Assembly (NCBI GenBank): GCA_024235935.1
Contig: JACKLL010000016.1
Span: forward strand, 9,436-73,435
DNA length: 64,000 nt
Reading direction: 5' to 3'
Origin: Rhodoferax sp.
GTDB lineage: Bacteria > Pseudomonadota > Gammaproteobacteria > Burkholderiales > Burkholderiaceae_C
Position 1 is the stretch's first letter; the number at the start of each line of letters is the position of its first letter. A model generated the notes under the pieces. It was not told the origin of the DNA. It searched no databases and saw only the letters and a list, made by a program, of their open reading frames with translations. This document shows, piece after piece, positions 59,011 through 64,000 of the stretch. Position numbers and translations under genes: made by a program.

Positions 59011-60658
59011 AGCTTTCGGCCCGCGCCAGCGGCCAGGACTGGCGGTAGATCAGCGGCAGACCGCCGAGGTCGGTCTGCAGCAGCGCCCCATCGTGCATCT
59101 GCGTCAGCACCGACTGCGCCAGCGAATGCACCTTGCCATTGGAGGAGCGGCGCACGATATGGTGCGCCGTCAGATCGCCGGGATGACTCAGACCGGCAGC
59201 CTGTATCAGTTCCTTGAGCGCATGCAGCGTCATCGTGTGGTAGCTGTGAATCCGCTCCGTCTTGTCGCCGACCACCAGCGACTGCTGGCGCAGCGGGTCC
59301 TGGGTCGTGACGCCGGTGGGGCAATTGCCGGTGTGACAGGTCTGGGCCTGCAGGCAGCCCAGCGCGAACATGAAGCCACGTGCACTGTTGCACCAGTCGG
59401 CGCCCAGCGCCATCATGCGCGTGATGTCGAAGGCGCTGATGACCTTGCCCGCGCAGCCGATGCGGATGCGCTCGCGCAGTCCGACGCCGCGCAAGGTGTT
59501 GTGGACCAGCAGCAGGCCTTCCTGCAGCGGCGATCCGACATGGTTGGTGAATTCGACCGGCGCGGCGCCGGTCCCGCCCTCGGCACCGTCGACGACGATG
59601 AAGTCGGGCGTGACGCCGGTGGCCAGCATGGCCTTGACGATGGCGAACCACTCCCAGGGATGGCCGATGCATAGCTTGAAGCCGGTGGGTTTGCCGCCGG
59701 AGAGGGTGCGCAGCCGGGTGATGAAGGCCATCAGCTCCAGCGGGGTGCTGAACGCGCTGTGGCTGGACGGCGAAATGCAGTCCACGCCGACCGGGATGCC
59801 CCGCGCGTGCGCGATCTCCGGCGTGACCTTGGCGCCCGGCAGTACGCCGCCATGGCCGGGTTTGGCGCCCTGGCTCAGCTTGATCTCGATCATCTTGACC
59901 TGCGGGTCGCAGGCGTTCTGCGTGAACTTCTCCGGGCTGAAGCTGCCGTCGTCGTTGCGGCAACCGAAATAGCCCGAACCGATCTCCCAGATCAGGTCGC
60001 CGCCATGGCGCCGGTGGTGGACCGAGATCGATCCTTCGCCGGTATCGTGGGCAAACCGCCCCTTGGCGGCACCGGCGTTGAGTGCGAGGATTGCATTGGC
60101 GCTGAGCGAGCCGAAGCTCATGGCCGAGATGTTGAAGATGCTGGCGTTGTAGGGCTGGGTGCACAGGCCCTCATGGCTTTCGCGGGCTGCGATCTGCTCC
60201 GGTGTGCCGCCGATCCAGATCCGGAAGTCGTGGGTCTCGATGTGGCTGGGGGCCATGGAATGGTTGATCCATTCATAACCCTCGGCGTGGACGTCGAGCT
60301 GGGTGCCGAAGGGACGCTTGTCGGAGTCGCCCTTGGCGCGCTGGTAGACCAGTGACCGCTGCGCGCGCGAAAACGGAGATGCTTCGTTATCGCCTTCGAG
60401 GAAATACTGGCGGATCTCGGGCCGCACGTATTCGAGCATGAAGCGCAGGTGACCGATGATCGGGTAGTTGCGCAGGATGGAGCGGCGCGACTGCAGCAGG
60501 TCGTAGATGCCGATGGCCACCAGGGCCAGCAGCAGCAACAGCGATCCAGCGCCGATGCCGAACGCCAGCAAGCTGAACAGGCTGGCCAGCAGGCCCAGCA
60601 CACTCAGGCCGAATACCGTGTACCGGATCGGAAAGAGTTCGTTCAGGCGGTCGAGCAT
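58994..60658 (-). CDS. FMN-binding glutamate synthase family protein with N-terminal TM segments
   Basis: SAMSFGSLS, TGEG, IKLSQGAKPGHGG, DGAEGGTGAAP, CLQAQTCHTGNCPTG. Confidence 0.92.
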   Translation of the reverse strand: MLDRLNELFPIRYTVFGLSVLGLLASLFSLLAFGIGAGSLLLLLALVAIGIYDLLQSRRSILRNYPIIGHLRFMLEYVRPEIRQYFLEGDNEASPFSRAQRSLVYQRAKGDSDKRPFGTQLDVHAEGYEWINHSMAPSHIETHDFRIWIGGTPEQIAARESHEGLCTQPYNASIFNISAMSFGSLSANAILALNAGAAKGRFAHDTGEGSISVHHRRHGGDLIWEIGSGYFGCRNDDGSFSPEKFTQNACDPQVKMIEIKLSQGAKPGHGGVLPGAKVTPEIAHARGIPVGVDCISPSSHSAFSTPLELMAFITRLRTLSGGKPTGFKLCIGHPWEWFAIVKAMLATGVTPDFIVVDGAEGGTGAAPVEFTNHVGSPLQEGLLLVHNTLRGVGLRERIRIGCAGKVISAFDITRMMALGADWCNSARGFMFALGCLQAQTCHTGNCPTGVTTQDPLRQQSLVVGDKTERIHSYHTMTLHALKELIQAAGLSHPGDLTAHHIVRRSSNGKVHSLAQSVLTQMHDGALLQTDLGGLPLIYRQSWPLARAESFMLQG

Positions 60659-60674
60659 GCAATAGTCTCCAAGG

Positions 60675-61205
60675 TCAATGGGGGGGGCGCTCAGCCGCTG
60701 CAGGTACCTGCAGCGCAGCCACATAGCGGTTCAAACCAGCTTGCGCGCGTCTGCGAACCTGTCGTCGCAGCAAGGGCGACCAGCCAAGCAGCAGGCCGGA
60801 CAAACCCAAAGCCTGGCGCGACCAGCGCCAGAAGTTGAAGCTGTCATGGTGTTGCGTGATCAGGCCATCGGCGTTGAAATGGAACGTCGCGTCGATCCGG
60901 TTGTACACCGGTCGCCCCGCCGTACCGAAATGGTAGCGAGCGCTCCAGTGCAGACGCGCCGTTTGCGCGTCGACCGACACGATGCGGTAGTTCAGCTTCC
61001 AGTCGACCCTGCCCCGGCCATCCAGCGACTCGCACAACATGAACCACATGGCCATGACCCGGTCCCGGCCGTCGAGGCTGAAGACTTCGTCACGGAACTG
61101 GACCTCGGGCGCATAGCATTGCGCCATGGTTACAGGATCGAGATGTGCGAATGCGTTGTAGAAACGCATCAGCGTGGTGCGGGGCGCAAGCGGGTTGCTG
61201 TTCAC
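60675..61205 (-). CDS. NTF2/SnoaL-like protein (start uncertain)
   Basis: RFYNAF, CYAPEVQFRDEVF, MWFML, HHDSFNFWRWSRQALG. Confidence 0.82.
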   Translation of the reverse strand: MNSNPLAPRTTLMRFYNAFAHLDPVTMAQCYAPEVQFRDEVFSLDGRDRVMAMWFMLCESLDGRGRVDWKLNYRIVSVDAQTARLHWSARYHFGTAGRPVYNRIDATFHFNADGLITQHHDSFNFWRWSRQALGLSGLLLGWSPLLRRQVRRRAQAGLNRYVAALQVPAAAERPPH

Positions 61206-61632
61206 AGAACCTCGGGCACGGCTGCGGCCAGGAAATCGGAGGTGGTGCGCGGGGTCCGGAAATAGCCGACGGGCGGGTGCTGCCACGGGTCGGCGGGATT
61301 TCGGGGCGTACCGCTGCGGCGCATCGCGTCCCGGGGGGCATGGGTGCCAAGCGTGCTGCCAGGGTCTGGCGCTGCCAGCAACGCGCGAGCCTGGCTCCAG
61401 GCGAAGTCCTGTTTCATGGCGTCGTCCGGGCACAGGCCAGGGCGTATCCGGTCTGCAATCGTGTAATTCTGTGTCTCCTGAGAATGCAATTGTGGTGGAG
61501 CCCGTTCGATTGCACAAGCGCGGCATGGTGCTGCGACGGCCATCGCCGGCCCCAGGCACCAGCGATGGTGCCTCCCCCGGCTGTCGTCCGGACGGCTCGC
61601 CAAGCGCTGGCCTATCCCTGACAATGGCAGCA

Positions 61633-61878
61633 ATGGATCGCAACATGCTGGAACTGCTGCTGACAAGGGAAATGCCGTTCGGCAAGCACAAGGGCCGTAT
61701 CCTGGCCGACCTGCCCGGCAACTACCTGAACTGGTTTGCGCGCGAGGGTTTTCCGCCCGGCGAGATCGGCCGTCTGCTGGCGCTGATGCACGAGATCGAC
61801 CACAACGGACTGAAGCACCTGCTCGGCCCCTTGCGCAATGGCCGGCGTGCTGCGGACGCGCCTCGGGCCAGCGGCTGA
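61633..61878 (+). CDS. DUF3820 family protein
   Basis: MPFGKHKGR..DLPGNYLNWF..GFP..EIDHNGL. Confidence 0.85.
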   Translation: MDRNMLELLLTREMPFGKHKGRILADLPGNYLNWFAREGFPPGEIGRLLALMHEIDHNGLKHLLGPLRNGRRAADAPRASG

Positions 61879-61955
61879 GCGGTTCCCGCCGCAGGCCTGC
61901 GGGCCGCGCCGATGCCATTCTTCCCCATCACTTTTGCACCCAGGAGACATCTTCC

Positions 61956-62753
61956 ATGACACCACAGCAATTGCTGGCGCACTTTGACAATGGTGCCCTC
62001 TGGCCTGCCGCGACGCCGGGGGCTGGCGCCAGCGACGTGACCCAGGCCTACCAGCAGCAACTCGCATTGCGCCAGCTGCGCATCGATCGTGGTGAGCTGC
62101 CGCGTGGCTTCAAGATCGGGTTCACCAACCGCGCCATCTGGCCGCGCTACAACGTGTTCGCGCCGATCTGGGGCACGGTCTGGAACACCAGCCTGGTTTT
62201 CTGCGAAGGCCGGGGTCTGGTGTCGCTGCGCAATCTCTGCCAGCCGAGGATCGAACCGGAGACCGTGTTCGGCATGCGCGCCACGCCGATGCCGGGCGCC
62301 TCGCTGGACGAATTGTTCGATGCCATTGAATGGGTGGCACCTGGCTTCGAGATCGTGCAGTCGCACATGCCCGACTGGAAGTTCACACCCGGCGATGCCG
62401 TCGCCGATGGTGGTCTGCATGGCCGGCTGCTGGTCGGGCGCCGGATCGCGCGCAATGACATCGGCGCGAACGCGGCCGAATTGCAGGCTGCATTGGCCGG
62501 CGCGCGCCTGGTGCTGCGCCAGGACAAGAAAGCGGTGGACCGCGGCGTCGGCGCCAACGTGCTCGATGGCCCGCTGCTGGCGCTGCAGCATTTCCTGCGC
62601 GAACTGCACCAATGCCCGGGCGCACCGGAGCTGCTGGCGGGCGATGTCGTCACTACCGGCACCTGGACCGATGCCTGGCCGGTGCAGGCCGGTCAGGCCT
62701 GGAGTGCCGACTTCAGCGCACCCTTGTCACGGCTGCAGGTGCGGTTCGAATAG
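61956..62753 (+). CDS. 2-keto-4-pentenoate hydratase-like (FAH superfamily) protein
   Basis: GFKIGFTN, PRIEPE, FEIVQS, VADGG, GDVVTTGT; CAGGAG RBS. Confidence 0.85.
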   Translation: MTPQQLLAHFDNGALWPAATPGAGASDVTQAYQQQLALRQLRIDRGELPRGFKIGFTNRAIWPRYNVFAPIWGTVWNTSLVFCEGRGLVSLRNLCQPRIEPETVFGMRATPMPGASLDELFDAIEWVAPGFEIVQSHMPDWKFTPGDAVADGGLHGRLLVGRRIARNDIGANAAELQAALAGARLVLRQDKKAVDRGVGANVLDGPLLALQHFLRELHQCPGAPELLAGDVVTTGTWTDAWPVQAGQAWSADFSAPLSRLQVRFE

Positions 62754-62781
62754 CGCGACGGCACGGATCCTGGGCCACGCG

Positions 62782-63957
62782 ATGGCGTATTTCGATGTCG
62801 TGATTGCCGGTGGGGCGGTGGTGGGCAGCGCGGCGGCGTATTTTCTTTCGGCCCATCCGGGTTTCACGGGCTCGGTGCTGGTGCTCGAGGCCGACCCGTC
62901 ATACGCCTCCTGTGCCACGACCCGGTCCCTGGCCTCGATCCGGCACCAGTTCTCGACGCCGGGCAATATTCGCATGTCGCAGTTCGGCAGCCGGTTCATC
63001 GCGCAGGCGGGCGAATGGCTGGCGGTCGATGGCGTGGCACCCGACGTCGGTTTCCATGCGGCCGGCTATCTGTTCCTGGCCTCGGCTGACGGTCTGGCGG
63101 CACTGCAGGCCAACCATGGGGTGCAGCGGCAGTGCGGCGTCGACGTGGCCTTGCTGGACCGGCAGGCGCTGGCGCTGCGCTTCCCCTGGTTGCATACGCA
63201 GGACCTGGCCGCCGGGTCGCTGGGGCTGTCCGGTGAAGGCTGGCTGGATGCCCACAGCCTGATGCATGCACTGCGCCGCAAGGCGATCGCGCAGGGCGTG
63301 GTCTACCGCGCTGCGCGGGTGGCGCAGTTGCGTCGGCAGGGCGAGCGCATCACGGCCGTGCAGCTGCAGGATGGCAGCGAAGTGGCCTGCGGCGCGGTGG
63401 TCAATGCCGCGGGCACGGGTGCCGCCGCGCTGGCTGCAACGGCTGGCATCGACTTGCCGGTCCAGTCGCGCAAGCGCTGCGTGTTCTTCTTCCATTCGCC
63501 CGCGCAATTGCCGCACAGCCATCTGGTGATCGATCCCGGCGGCGTGTATTTCCGCCCCGAAGGCGCCGGTTTTCTCTGCGGCGTGGCCTTGCCGGAGGAC
63601 CAGGATCCGGAGTGTTTCGATTTCGAGGTGCAGCACACGCTGTTCGAGGAGACGATCTGGCCGGCACTGGCGCGCCGGGTTCCGGGTTTCGAGGCCTTGC
63701 GCGTACAGCACGCCTGGGCTGGTCACTACGACGTCAACACGTTGGACCAGAACCTCATCCTGGGTGCGCATCCGGCGGTGTCCAACCTGCTGTTCGCCAA
63801 TGGATTCAGCGGCCATGGGTTGCAGCAGTCGCCGGCGGTCGGCCGTGCGCTGGCCGAGCTGCTGGTGGCTGGACGGTTCGAGACGCTGGACCTGTCCGCG
63901 TTCGGCTGGCAACGGGTGATCGACGGGCGGCCGATGCGGGAAATCAACGTGGTCTGA
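62782..63957 (+). CDS. FAD-dependent oxidoreductase (DAO / sarcosine-oxidase-beta-like)
   Basis: IAGGAVVG, SIRHQFS, VVNAAG, WAGHYD, NGFSGHGLQQ. Confidence 0.9.
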   Translation: MAYFDVVIAGGAVVGSAAAYFLSAHPGFTGSVLVLEADPSYASCATTRSLASIRHQFSTPGNIRMSQFGSRFIAQAGEWLAVDGVAPDVGFHAAGYLFLASADGLAALQANHGVQRQCGVDVALLDRQALALRFPWLHTQDLAAGSLGLSGEGWLDAHSLMHALRRKAIAQGVVYRAARVAQLRRQGERITAVQLQDGSEVACGAVVNAAGTGAAALAATAGIDLPVQSRKRCVFFFHSPAQLPHSHLVIDPGGVYFRPEGAGFLCGVALPEDQDPECFDFEVQHTLFEETIWPALARRVPGFEALRVQHAWAGHYDVNTLDQNLILGAHPAVSNLLFANGFSGHGLQQSPAVGRALAELLVAGRFETLDLSAFGWQRVIDGRPMREINVV

Positions 63958-64000
63958 TTGCGTGCCTCGTCGCGTCGGCCGAGCTCAGGCCTGCCACACG

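Overview
High-GC, gene-dense chromosomal window that looks like a Burkholderiales/Comamonadaceae genome (betaproteobacterial-type gshA, argS-SPOR-dsbA-lptAB-rpoN order, glcB with HAD-II); the taxonomy is inferred, not measured. Core genes: gnd, gshA, kup, TerC/Alx with a yybP-ykoY riboswitch, benE, gshB, yghU, glcB, rnk, psiF, argS, dsbA, lptAB, rpoN and an RlmL-like methyltransferase. Accessory blocks: (i) a GntR-linked catabolic island at about 20.9-33.5 kb with two enolase-superfamily enzymes, two metallo-amidohydrolases, SDRs and a peptide-type ABC importer whose two ATPase genes carry clustered frameshifts that look like sequencing errors; (ii) an overlapping CruF-like / MpaB-Lcp-like oxygenase / DNA glycosylase trio; (iii) a LysR / HMG-CoA lyase / CoA-transferase / TRAP module. 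Non-coding or unlisted signals: a 3x76-bp structured tandem repeat, a 24-aa membrane microprotein, a sigma54 promoter with an NtrC-like site facing HAD/glcB, and a hairpin plus uORF leader before rnk. No rRNA, tRNA, CRISPR array, integrase or transposase was recognised. All family calls come from reading motifs by eye; no database search was run.
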